DNA of 64,000 bases from Nemertoderma westbladi. Taxonomy: Eukaryota > Animalia > Xenacoelomorpha. This document shows, piece after piece, positions 1 through 12,558 of this stretch. The stretch is taken from NCBI GenBank assembly GCA_032718475.1, contig JAUCBJ010006846.1, forward strand, positions 24,329-88,328, given 5' to 3'. Below the pieces are notes generated by a model that was not told the origin of the DNA, made no database searches, and saw only the letters and a list, made by a program, of their open reading frames with translations. The stretch's first letter is position 1; the number at the start of each line of letters is the position of its first letter. The position numbers and the translations under genes are program-made.

Positions 1-5
1 TTATT

Positions 6-1423
6 TCAGCCGCTGCCGCTGCCGCTGCCGCTGCCGCTCGCCGCTGCCGCTGCCGCTGCCGCTGCCGCTGCCGCTGCCGCTGCCGCTGCCGCTGCCGCTG
101 CCGCTGCCGCTGCCGCTGCCGCTGCCGCTGCCGCTGCCGCTGCCGCTGCCGCTGCCGCTGCCGCTGCCGCTGCCGCTGCCGCTGCCGCTGCTGCTGCCGC
201 TGCCGCTTTTCTTTCAACTTCTGCCGCTGCCGCTGCTGCTGCCTTTCTGTCTTCTATCTGTTTTTTCTTTAGTTGTTCTTCCTGTTCCATAGCGATGAGG
301 ATGCTTTCATCAAATTTAGCCTGCTCAGCGGCTAATATTTCCGCATCTAACGAGTCCAACACAAATTTGGCCCCTTCACTATTAGGGTGAAGTCCAGCTA
401 GCCTTCTCCTTAGCTCTTTGTCACCTATGAATCGTTGATAGTCCGACAGATAGATGTCAATAGCATCCTTCTTCTGAGGTTTCTCTGATATAGCTTCGCT
501 TTCCACCTGAGAAAAGGTAGCGTCTGTTGACTCTCCGTGGGTCATGCGCTCGGTTAGCTGAGCTTTCCATTGTGTCATTCCCTGGACTTTAAGACTCACC
601 CGTTGGAACCAAGTTTTTACGGCCACTTGCAACGACGTGTCTTGGCTTCTCTTCGAAGCTTCTTCAAAGGCCGAAAGGATTAGTCTGATCCGTAAAATTC
701 GTTCTCGCACTTGATAAAGCAGCTCTCCCTGCTCTTGAGGTCCTTGTCGTTGTTGAAACAGGTGTTCCTCTAATCGCTCCAAAGAGCTGAAGAATCCCTG
801 GACATATCCTGCTGCCGACCTCTTCCACACAGCTGGATCTCGAGTGTCCCTTACTACTCCCATCCTGTATAAGTCCTCCCAGGCAGCTTCCGATAAGTTA
901 AACGGGAGTCCGGGTCCGGGGAAGTTCCATTGCGTCTCGACAATAGACCTTCAGTTCCTCCATTGTGATATCCCGCATAACTGTCCTTGGTCGATCGCTT
1001 ACTTCTCGCCCAATCGATTTGATGTTCTTCCACCGCAATCAATACTCTAGTGAGTACGGCTCCAGGAAGAATTAGAAGTGGATCTGGATAAACCGCTTCT
1101 GTCATCCTTGCTCCGATCTCGGGTGTCAACTCTACAGTGTCTGAACTACTGGAGTTATCGGGCCGCTGAGAAATAAGTTCTCGGTTCGGGTGCTGCTGCT
1201 GTTTAACAGCTGCCTCTTGGTCCCGCTTGACTTGAGCCCTAGTGCCTATGATAGACCTATGGTGCTTTACTAGCCTAGGGTCTGACACTACTACTGTAGG
1301 GATGACCTTTCTTACAGTAGGAGGGGACTTGGACTTCGGTCTCAGATTTTCTATACTCCTATCTGAGTCACAGACTGTTCTTTCTAGGAGACTATCTGAC
1401 AGTGTTTGCTTTGTGTCAGCCAT
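6..1423 (-). pseudogene. Frameshifted ORF(s) of unknown function, probably TE-derived, ending in a poly-Ala microsatellite expansion
   Basis: ORFs 854-1423 and 6-863 overlap by 10 nt. The frame of 6-863 stays open upstream to ~950 (..ETQWNFPGPGLPFNLSEAAWEDLYRMGVVR..). A third frame reads ..VMRDITMEELKVYCRDAMELP.. up to a C-run at ~920, suggesting one ancestral ORF with frameshifts. No recognisable domain. Confidence 0.35.
9..243. repeat. (GCCGCT)n hexanucleotide microsatellite
   Basis: Near-perfect gccgct tandem from ~9 to ~207 with a short continuation at 222-243; encodes the poly-Ala/GS tail of ORF 6-863. Confidence 0.95.
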
Positions 1424-1560
1424 GATTTATATTGCAGTTGAATGCCTACTACTATAACGACAGTTAAAGTAAGTCTAGTAATTCAGTATCAACTGTAAGC
1501 CTAGTAATTAATTACCGATACCGTTACTCAGTGTAACGTGATATATATATAATATATTAA

Positions 1561-1805
1561 AATACCGGTATACTCATAGTATATATAAGAATTATTACAG
1601 ACTAGAATTAGTCACAAAATACCGGTATATAATTTCAGCCTAAATTTATATAAATAAATATAATAAGCCTACTGTGAATACCGGTATACACCTATAGTAT
1701 ATATAAGTATTATTATAGACTAGGATTAGTCACAGAATACCGGTATATAATTTCAGCCTAAATTTATATAAATAAATATAATAAGCCTACTCGTAAATAC
1801 CGGTA
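1561..1805. repeat. Tandem duplication of a ~117-bp AT-rich unit (2 copies)
   Basis: aataccggtata..ctagRattagtcaca..aataccggtatataatttcagcctaaatttatataaataaatataataagcctact occurs from 1561 and from 1677. Confidence 0.9.
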
Positions 1806-4601
1806 ATGTCAATTATTTTATAATAACTGAATTTCTGAATTTTAGGGTTACTTTCCTTTACTTTATTACTGTTATTAAGCAGTAGTTCAACTGATATTAA
1901 GACCTAATTGATGTATAACAGGCCTACTATTTTATAAATCTGTTTGAGTTGATTTATAATATATTATGTACCCGTACAAGGGTTTTGACAATATTTGAAA
2001 TAAATGTTATTATTTCTGGGTAAGGAGTCACTGCACAGAAGCTGAACGCTCTCAGTGGAGTGCTACTTGTTGGACACTAAAACGAATAATTCTACTTTAC
2101 TAAGTTACTTATCACTACAAATTACTATACAATTACAGTTTGAGATTACAATCTCTAAATAAACACCAAAAAGTTACATGTACGAATTTTAGGGTAATTT
2201 TACAAGAAATCTACAAACCAGCCTAACAACGAGTTAGAATTTCTGGTTCTTACAAACTGACAGGAATCTACGGTATTTGAAAACAATAAAGCAGTAGTAA
2301 GTAAATTGCGTTGTCCAGATAAGAAAATACCACCGTCTGACGACTTATAGTCTTAGCTCTATAAGTACTACGTTATGTACCCGGAGTGTCCTTACCTAGA
2401 AGTTAATTACCGCAGCCAACCAGAGCTAACGTGCCTATTAACCACTTTACAACACAAATATACTGACTACACACAAAATTACTTTCGGAAAGTACTGTAC
2501 TCTAAACCCTAAATTAGGTACAAGTACTTATACAACAAATAACCAGCAGTTAAATATACTTGAACAGCTAAAAGAACCACGGTATCTGCTGGAGTGACCA
2601 GAGCACAAAATCACCAGTCTTTACCTACGCCAAGCAGCCCTGATGTAGTACCGGGGTTAATTTAACTATAACGGTATGTATAACAAGCACAATTACTGTA
2701 GGAATAAACTTGGGGGGTATGTAGGTTGCGAATACTCGCATATACTCTGAATAATAAATATTACGCTACCCGTGCAGACTATACAAACAAAATACAGACC
2801 AAATGCTGGCAGACTACTGTCAAGCCTAAATAAACTACAGTATATGCAGACTCCGAAATGGTTAGTTAGTAGGCATTCTAACCGAGTAGTACGACTTATT
2901 CTTTCGGGGGGGATTTACCTTACAGCACTGGATGCCTCCACCTTCCTAACTAGTACTTTATCGGACATACACTCTACATACACTGCAATCGCTTCAGACC
3001 TAACAACAGCCAGACAACAATCCAGCCTACAAATTATTTGTACAATTTGAGCAGGCTTACACGCCTTCTGCTCAATATTACACTTACAGATAAATAAAAC
3101 TGACAGAAATAAGTAAAATCCCAATAAAAAACCAGGGCTGCAGTCCCTGATTAAATATCAAGACCTACCGGTATATAATTATCAAAATCGAATAATACTG
3201 TTGTACCTGTAAGTACCGGTTCGGGTAGTTGGGCAGTTAGGCCTACAGCTTACCGTTCGACCGGTACCTTCGACTTTATTGCCTACTGTGCAATAAAAAA
3301 CTAAAATCTATTATTGTTCGCGCTTTTAGACCTTTAGCAGTTCAACCTGCCAATTTTAGTTGTCTTCTTGTTTATAAATCGACTTTAGCCTAGACCAATT
3401 ATTTAATGTACTGAAGTTACATCCGCCGAAGCCAGTCTGTGCGCGATCATTCACCCACAGTTAAGGGAGACTGGATTCGGGTGCTTTGAAGTTATTGCGG
3501 TGCAGACCTACTGTATTATTTGATTGATCGTTACTATATAATCTCTGACAAATATATTTACTTTCGGGGAAATATTAACAGTTCCTTTGGGACATGGCGC
3601 TTTAAGTATAAAAACAGAGTTATGACTTATACTAATCACAACTAGATGGCTACTGAGTTTCGTAAATAGCGCATTCTTTAGGAGATGCTTTATTATCAAT
3701 CACACTACTTCACACGACTTCACACTACTTCACACTGATCTGCCGACAGTCACTGAATTTGATCATATATAAGGAAGATCGCAACTGACACTTGTAGGGA
3801 TTATGAAATAGCATTTAATTCACACAAAAACCACTATAATGTGAGTTGCAGTTGCTACCGGTAACCTGTTCCTCTCACCTTCAGTAATCAAGAAGATTGG
3901 GGGTTTTATGATTATTCATCGGTATTCTCCAAATATATCAGCAATATACATCAACAAATAACAACAATTAATAACAGAAGTAAAATAATGCGGTGAACAA
4001 TCAGCTTGTGTTACGTAAGTCATTATGGATTGGTAGGGTCAGATAATAGATTTACGTTCTTGTAATCAAAGCCATCAGATGTTTAGGCCAAAGTCTGAAA
4101 CTTCCAAAATCAGAAGTACAGAAGATTTCCAAGCAGTTCTCTCACTCAGAAAGGTAAACAAAGACCGTAATGCATTGCGCGGTTTTCCGTAGGCCCTTGT
4201 TCAACATAAAGTAAAATCGCTCTGATTGGCTGAGCAGAACAAAGAGGTTCCATGTTTACAGGAAACCAGCTGACAGATTTTGTCATCTGAGCTCCAGTCT
4301 TTTAGAGTATTATGCGCATTGCGGCAAAAATGACTTGTTATGTCCGCTAAGGCACCTACACTGTGCATTGCGGGGAAAAATGACTTGTTATGTCCACAAA
4401 AGCTTTTACACATAGAGTTACAGAGTGAGGTGAAAGGTTAAACCACTTGGAGGGACAAACAAGCTAGAGAAGCTAACAGTAGGAGGTAACACCTACACAG
4501 GGAGTGGCGAGGCGATAAGTAGCCAATAAGGGCCAATTAGTAGGCAGGGAAGGGAATGGGGAGAATGAAGCGTATCTATTGGATGATAGGGCCACCCTTA
4601 G

Positions 4602-6832
4602 TGTAGGACTAATAATAATATATGTGTCGATGCAATATATAACCGTTATACTATGTCATTGCTATTCAGTTGGTTGCCAGAAATAACCTTGGAACTGGAA
4701 TAGTTCTGACCATTGTCACAACTGTAGTCTGTTAGTGCGGATAATACTGATTGTGCTGTCATTGCTATTGTGCTATTACCTATATATTCAGTTGATCATT
4801 GACATTTATGTTGATTGCTAGTACATCTAGAACCAGCTATTTTCCATCGGCCTTCGGCCTACCGAAACACAGCAGCCTACGGACGCGGCAACGCGTACTA
4901 ACTAAACCGGTCGGGACCCGACTCTACCAACTCTAAGGTCCCGTCACAGTCAGAACTTCCATCTCTATAACTGTAGAACTGTGACCAACCAACGACAAAC
5001 CATGAGTGATAAATCACCCCAGTCGGGAGAGAGAACGCCGCCGCGGACCCCAAGCGACACCGACGCAACGATCCACGAGGCCGCGACGAGACGCTACCGG
5101 CCCTACTCACCAGGAAAGGAGCTGCTTGTACCGATTCCAGAAGGGGACGAGTTGCCTCTACTGCCGCGAGTCGAGTCATAGGATGGGGACGTGTCCACGG
5201 TTGCACAACCGGTGTTCTCAGTGCAAATTCCAGGGGCACTACGGACGCCAGTGCGACTGGATGGACGACGAGGAGAAGTTTAAGATCTTCGAGGAATGGG
5301 CCGATGTCGGCATCATGACGCGGCAGCGGATGAAGGCCCAGGAATTCCGGTGGGGTTTCTTTAATATTAACCAGGAGGCCCACCTGGAAATCATCAAACG
5401 GAGGCTTCCATTTACTTATCAAGAAGTATCAACGGCGGCATCGTATGCGGGAGTGATGAATACACAGAGGTATTTAGACAGATGGACGCCAGAGAACCGG
5501 GGAGAGTTCAGAGATTTCCTGGCAGAGCATGTGCCGCGGGCCATGAAGGTGATCCTATGGGACGCCACTAGGGGGAAGCAGCAGGGGCATTCGGAGGGGC
5601 CACCTGCGAAGCGATACCGGGAGCTAATAACACCAGCACCCAAGGAATCGACGACGGGAATCAGTAGGGAAGTAACGGCAAGGATGAGGAACCTTAAGGA
5701 GGACAAGATCAAGGGAGCGGCGACAACAAGGAAGCGGCCGAGACAGGACGACGACAGAGGGAAGGAACTGAGATGGTTCCCAAAGACAGGAGGAGCGAAC
5801 TAGAACTTGGAGGGGGAGATGTGGGGATGATGGGGGGGGGGGGGGGGGGGGCGAAGAGGTCCGAAAGTGGAGTGGAGTTAGAGTGAAAGTAGAGAGAAGT
5901 TAGAGTCAGGTTAGAGTGGAGTGGAGATTTAAAATTGTGAGTGAGGAGTCCAAAATTGTCTCGAACCGAGATGCCAGATGTCTTGGTGCAACATAGGTTG
6001 GAGTTGCACCAAGAAGGGGTAGTAATATCATACCCAGAGGGAGCGGCCTGGAAAGTCGACTCCAAGTAAAAGAACTCCACCCCACACCCGATAGTAGATC
6101 GGGTTCCAGCGGAATTGAAGCGCACTCAAAGGTGATGCTATCTTCTCACCGGGAAGATAGCATGGGGGGGAGTGTGAGCGGATTCAATTCCGCTCACTAT
6201 CCCCATAAAGTTGGGAAGTGGCGCCTTTTTCAGCAATATTGGAGATACGACATGGATAACAACAATCTCGTATCACACCCAATAACGGGGATAACATACA
6301 CCCCAAAAGCCACACAAAGGGAGGTTAGAGGTCAAACCACCTCGAGAGGGCAGATAACCAACAGCGGGGGGGTGGGGGGGGGAAGCACTCCCACAGAGGT
6401 GAGAGGCGTGAAGTAGGTCATCAGCCAATGGGAGCGGGGAAAGGTATCCACTGGACAAAGGCCAAAGTAATGTAGGAATGAATACATATATTATCAGTTA
6501 GTTATATCAGTTAGTCAGTTTACTCAGTCATTCAGTTCAGTGCAGAACGGTGATGTTTTCCAACGTCACCATCACCATCACCGATATCCTACCTACCGGT
6601 ATACAGTACACATATATTATCCATCACAACTGTGCTATTATTGACTATTCATTTCATCGATATTAAATAAAAAAAATATAAAAAAAATATATATAATATA
6701 ATTTATATATAAATATATAAAAAATAAATTAGTAAAAGATCAAAGAGATAACAACAAACTTTTCCCATTATCCTCAATATCACGGTGACGCGTAGTTCGA
6801 CAAACCGGTCGGGATCCCTTGATCCCGTCACA
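4602..6832 (+). mobile_element. Putative non-autonomous LTR-type retroelement: gag-like ORF between diverged TG...CA-bounded direct repeats (4602-4948, 6471-6832)
   Basis: Both repeats start TGTAGGA and end ACGCGT..AAACCGGTCGGGAYCC..GRTCCCGTCACA, with similar lengths (347 and 362 bp). A CCHC ORF lies between them. No pol and no clear TSD. Confidence 0.5.
5006..5803 (+). CDS. Gag-like protein with two CCHC zinc knuckles
   Basis: 265-aa ORF with two CX2CX4HX4C motifs (CLYCRESSHRMGTC and CSQCKFQGHYGRQC); GC-rich relative to its flanks. Start codon uncertain (the track uses GTG). Confidence 0.7.
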   Translation: MINHPSRERERRRGPQATPTQRSTRPRRDATGPTHQERSCLYRFQKGTSCLYCRESSHRMGTCPRLHNRCSQCKFQGHYGRQCDWMDDEEKFKIFEEWADVGIMTRQRMKAQEFRWGFFNINQEAHLEIIKRRLPFTYQEVSTAASYAGVMNTQRYLDRWTPENRGEFRDFLAEHVPRAMKVILWDATRGKQQGHSEGPPAKRYRELITPAPKESTTGISREVTARMRNLKEDKIKGAATTRKRPRQDDDRGKELRWFPKTGGAN

Positions 6833-8357
6833 CGCAAAATATGTACAGTAGACTCCCCCCCCCCCCCCCCCCTCAAAAAAATCGAATTATAACTTAATAA
6901 TTCAATTGGAATGCATTATTAGTAGTGTGTGATCTCCGCGTGGGGCGCGCACACGACATACTGTAGTTGCGTTGCGTTTACACCCTTTATGGGCATTCTA
7001 AAGTTGCATGTATTTGCTTCTGTTACTGGCTGGCATTCATTATATTAAATAAATACTCCATATAAATGCACTGTATTGTTTCCCTGCTACTTTAAGAGAT
7101 AAACGAAATGTTCCAGAATAATATGGTGTATGTGTAATAAGTAGAATAGAATAGCCTCGCGCAGATGTAAAACCAGGAATATTTCAACGCCCATATCTCA
7201 CCCAATAACTCCAAAATTCAGATTGTGTTACACAGTATTATATTCTAAACTTTTGAGAGACCCTTAGACTCCCGCTTCAATCGCTGCACTCATTATTCCG
7301 GTTTCTGCCAGGGTCTGAGCTCGACGATAATGCAGTTTATGACTCCGTGACCCCCGCAGACACATGAGGGCCGACTGAACAAGGGCGAAATTTAACTTGG
7401 TCCGTATGAGTGTTAATGGATTAACAGTTAACAGTTAATGAATACGGAACTCCCCTCTTCTGTGACAGAAGCAGACTGACCCGGTACAATAAAGCATGGG
7501 CACTTCGGCTCATGCCACCAGTAATGGTATGTAGAAACCACAAATGGACAGAAACCCGCCCCTTCCACGGTTTTACCGGTATCGTACATTCCATACAAAC
7601 CATTTTTTAAATTGACGGACTTTCCCCATTATATACCGGTACTGTTATATGTTACAACAATTTGTAAATTTACTACTGTACATATAAAATAACGACAGGA
7701 CAAGTGTCGTGTCGCATGGCACCGAATTTCGAATCGCGCCAAGTCATGAAATTTTGGCCTAAGAAGAGGGCCAATATCGCAATGCGACGGACACTGAAGT
7801 AACAACATCAGTAACAGGAAGGCAAATGCAAAGAGAACCAAAAGTTCAATAATTTATTAGTTGTTAGGCCTACTAGTTAGATTTACTAGTTGTGTATCCT
7901 GTACTGTAGTATTCTCGATAGGCCACTACAGCAGTCTGTCTGCAACCAGCAGTAAAGAAGATATGTAATTATTGTAATACAATACTCGCTACCTACACGC
8001 TAGGGCGGTTACTAACAGTTGTTTTATAACAAGATATAATAAATGCCTTCTTTGATTGCCTTTATGAGACAGTATTGATTGCTTTATTAAATGCATTAAG
8101 TGATTGTTAATATCTAAACTATATGAATAGGAGCAGGAGGTATTTATTTATTTATTATTTCTTCGATAAATAAATACAGTGAAAGTTGAAGCTCTAATAT
8201 GTGACACTGTCCTCAATGTTTGTTAGCTTTAAAGTCTATAAAAATGACAAAGTGTTGCCATGACAGTTTTCATTTTTGTTTCTGCACGATTCCTTATTGG
8301 GAGAACCCGGTCAACCGCATAAACTTTCTAAGCTTAGAAAGTAGATGAGATAAATCC

Positions 8358-8926
8358 GTCCAATGTCCTTGAGAAGCCGTTATTCATCGGCCACTGTCCA
8401 ATGTCCTTGAGATGCCGTTATTCATCGGCCACTGTCCAATGTCCTTGAGAAGCCGTTATTCATCGGCCACTGTCCAATGTCCTTGAGATGCCGTTATTCA
8501 TCGGCCACTGTCCAATGTCCTTGAGAAGCCGTTATTCATCGGCCACTGTCCAATGTCCTTGAGATGCCGTTATTCATCGGCCACTGTCCAATGTCCTTGA
8601 GAAGCCGTTATTCATCGGCCACTGTCCAATGTCATTGAGAAGCCGTTATTCATCGGCCACTGTCCAATGTCATTGAGAAGCCGTTATTCATCGGCCACTG
8701 TCCAATGTCCTTGAGAAGCCGTTATTCATCGGCCACTGTCCAATGTCCTTGAGAAGCCGTTATTCATCGGCCACTGTCCAATGTCCTTGAGAAGCCGTTA
8801 TTCATCGGCCACTGTCCAATGTCCTTGAGAAGCCGTTATTCATCGGCCACTGTCCAATGTCCTTGAGAAGCCGTTATTCATCGGCCACTGTCCAATGTCC
8901 TTGAGAAGCCGTTATTCATCGGCCAC
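8358..8926. repeat. 38-bp minisatellite, ~15 copies
   Basis: Unit gtccaatgtccttgagaagccgttattcatcggccact with only single-base variants (gaag/gatg, gtcc/gtca); no spacers. Confidence 0.97.
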
Positions 8927-11065
8927 CATATCTTTTAAGGATAACGAGGTGGTAAACTGTTGATACTCCCGACGGAAGCTGAGAAAAAATTGAATAATAT
9001 TATAAAGACCGAAAAGATCTGACATATTTGTAAGACAATGTCAAAGGAAATAGTATTCCATCTGCACTATTGTACGGTAGGCTTATCCGAATATTTTTTC
9101 ATTAAGTGAATATAATTACTGCGTGCCCAAACAGCATTGCAGTATAACAGTGTCTTAATTATTTTTGGTGTCATTCTGGTGCCCCAGAAAGAAAAGTAAG
9201 AGTAGCAAAAATTTCATATGAATTGCATAATTTGTATTGTAGTTTAATGTACATATAATACCGGTATCAATTGCATCATAAAATATCATGCATATTATCG
9301 TTCTATATGAACGATTTATGAACATGTTTAGATAGATATTACCATAAAGCAAATCATTTGAACTAATCATTAAAGACTAACTGTATAATGGAATGGGGTT
9401 ATGGGGATTCCGGCGGTATAATTTTTATGCATAAAAAATTATTTTAAATCTTATACAAGAAAATGTTGTATTTAAATTAAAGGACAGGCAGAAAAACTGC
9501 TATTTTTTACAGTCATCAACTCAATTAACTAAATCTGCTGTACTAGATCTACAGATCTATGTATGCTAAGAACCTTTGCTACCGTATGCTAAGAACGCTA
9601 CTTTCGTGGCTCGCCCCACAAGTACAACTTTCATTTATTTTGTTATTGTATTATTGTATTATTAGTGTTTATTGTTTATTATTATTACTTTATTACCTTA
9701 TTTGAAGCCTCAGATAGTGGGGCAAAACCAATTACTAATATAATAGTAACATTAGATTCACCAGACAGACTAATCCTTAATCTAATTAAATACACATTCT
9801 ATGCTTTTCGCTTACAAAATGTCTCGCCTAAAAGATTATAATATGAATTAACTTGTATTTATACATTACAGAGATTGGTTATGAACAGTAGCGGTTGCTT
9901 GTATCTGTATTTGCCTTTATTATTTGTGGTGGATCAGAACTTTCGGGTTTTTTAGGGCCTCAGACCTCAAGTTTCTACATTTTGTTTAGAATATCTCTTT
10001 ATCATATATACAATATTATTCTTTGTGACAATAGTAGGTAAATATGAACAGATTCATACAACTTTATATAAACCGCGCTTGGTTTTGGCGACTTTATACC
10101 ACTTATATTACACTCATTGCATTGTTATTAACAACAAACGTTTCATAAGATGTTTTTATCATCTGTAATCGTTTTGTAATTATAATTTTGTAATAAAACG
10201 ACATACTGTACATGTTGCAGAGTATTTTCCATGTTCTGAATACTCGTGGCTATATTTTCACTACTTACTTACTATAATAATATTTATTTTTAAATCATAA
10301 GTACAAACTGCACGATTTAAAATCAAAATAAAACAAAAAATTATAATGCAAATAAATAAAAAGTTCAATAAAACATATCATAATTAATATCGATGCAGAA
10401 TAAAAAAGTGGCACCATTTTTTATATTATAAAAGGAAACTTTCATAAATTGAAGATGCACTTAGACTAGACAGGTACTGCGTACGATGAAATTAAAAGAT
10501 TATTAGACTTATATATGCGTTTAAATCAACTGCACAGAGTTCCGGAGAATCTCTTCGATCAAATGTAATTCTAGAAGTCTAGAAGCATCCGTGATGCACT
10601 GTTAATTTCATCATACTGTTTTCGTTAGTGTGGCAAAACACTCTGATTAGCACCCGCCTGTAAAGACGCAATTTACACACAAATAACTAAATTAGTAACA
10701 TCCATACAGTAGATATAATATCAGCTGCACTATATTATACTGATACACTATGGAGTACCTCGAATCTATATTCGTCCTCACTCGCTTCTTTCGTTTGTTT
10801 GATGGAGTTTTAGAGCATAGTATTTTGAAATTAATTAATTGAAAATATAATAACTATATTTTACTAAAGAAAATAACAAAAAAATTCTCAAGCTTCCATT
10901 GTATCTCATATTATAATTTAACAATTAATATAATTATTCCAAAATTGTAACATTACTCAACGCCGTTAGTATTAACAGCGAATTGTTATTTAGCACTTTA
11001 CAACTTTAGAGGACATTACAGCATTGTTTTGGCCTGTACATTTAGCATTGTATTTGGTGTTATTC

Positions 11066-11146
11066 TTTACGTGGTAACCAATGACGGCGTTATGTAATGT
11101 CCACTAAGGGGACATTACTTAACGCCGTCATTGGTTACCACGTAAA
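11066..11146. repeat. Near-perfect inverted repeat (37-bp arms), foldback/MITE-like
   Basis: tttacgtggtaaccaatgacggcgttatgtaatgtcc, 7-nt loop, ggacattacttaacgccgtcattggttaccacgtaaa; one mismatch. Confidence 0.9.
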
Positions 11147-11799
11147 CAATAGATGGAAATTTGCCTGACAGCCAGATAGCCTGACATCACGACTAATTCA
11201 AGTGTTGTTGGGGGGGGGGGGGGGGGGGGGGGGGTAGTTATGAAACAAATTTTTAATGTTTTAATATAAGTTGTAGATGTCAAGATATAGTTATTTAAAC
11301 TGCTAACTAGCAGTTAAATCTCGTTAAGTTGGGAGGGTGGCGGCATCATTAAATTACATGTAAACAGCAAAACCTTCCTTTATTCATATTTCTGTAGTTT
11401 AAATCTGTTAAAGAGTTTTGAATAACTTCGACCAAAACTAAGTTTTTAAATTAATTTTAAAAAAATTTAACCAAAATTTTAATTAAAACAAAATAACACA
11501 GAAAACCTTATTAATTATTAACAACTAAGAGACTATTTAAAAAGAAAATCAGTGGCGGTCCGTGGCCAAAATTTTTGGTTGGGCCTGACCCAAAAATTTA
11601 TGAATACAGTGGACTCATTGAGACACCAAAATGTTCAATTTAGGGGCAATACTGCTCCCCCCCCCCCCCCATTTTGAGTTAAGCTCACAAAATAACTGAT
11701 TACATAATTATCAATCTCGAAAAGTTATGGGTCGCCCCACCCTCCCCCTACATTTGTAATATATCGTCTAGGTTGGCTTGTCTGGGTAGAGTCCCGCGC

Positions 11800-12163
11800 A
11801 CGACTGGTTGCTAGTGATAGCCTCTGGAACACGAAAGAGGTTGAGCGTGGCTCGCCGGTGGCTCGAGCAATCCTACGTCCAATCTCGTTTAAAATGGCTG
11901 TTCCCTCCTCTGCTATGGGCCCGAGGGTTTCAGTGGCTATGGTGGCGCTGATATAGTTGTGTTGGAGATCTGCATATTTGTTGCCCTTGGTGGTTTCGGC
12001 TAAGGCTGCGGCGGCACCAGCCTGATGTGCTGCGGAGGTGTGATGGTGCAAGGGTGTCCCTCCATGTGTAGTGTAATCCCACACCAATGGTTTACCTAAT
12101 GACCAGGGGGCTAGGGACATGCCGTCTGGTTTCTTCCCGTCTCTGGCTATGCCTCGCGGTGAG
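11800..12163 (-). mobile_element. CRE-like non-LTR retrotransposon fragment (restriction-like endonuclease region)
   Basis: Translation PRGIARDGKKPDGMSLAPWSLGKPLVWDYT...AGAAAALAETTKGNKY...ETLG...FQRLSLA carries the (R/K)PDG..W..G..LVWD, E..K..KY and ETLG motifs of RLE-bearing CRE-type elements. Confidence 0.8.
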
Positions 12164-12558
12164 ATATTTAAATTATAGTCGGGTAGGTTGTTGAACTGCT
12201 CACTTGGTTATGATTACTATGAGATTGAACAGAAAGTGGCACTAGGTACCACCACAAACTATCGTTAGTATCTGTTATTCGTTCACCTATTGAACAAGGA
12301 GATTATTAGTTCTGCTGAATAAGATTAGTAAATTATGTAAAAGTGTTCAATTTAGGGAAAGGAGCAGGTTGCAATGGGACGTTATTATATCCAAAACAAT
12401 AAACGCAAGTCATTGTAATAAGTTACGGCTGCATTTTTGGGAGTAATCAGCAGTTAGTTGCGTAGATTTCCCCCATCTGAAGTTTACCTCAGTCATAATT
12501 GAAACACTTACTTGTCCTGGGTTTGCTGGCTCTCAATCTACATCGGACTTCTCCAGTC

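Noticed and set aside
7261-7620. GC-richer segment as a possible SINE or structured RNA
   Set aside because: No convincing tRNA A/B boxes, ribozyme core or termini could be identified by eye.
8358-8926. CRISPR-like array (38-bp repeat)
   Set aside because: Repeats are directly adjacent with no unique spacers, there are no cas genes, and the context is eukaryotic.
5833-11670. Long G/C homopolymers (~5833, 6855, 11210, 11657) as functional G-quadruplex elements
   Set aside because: Simple mononucleotide runs with no further support; their lengths are also error-prone in sequencing.
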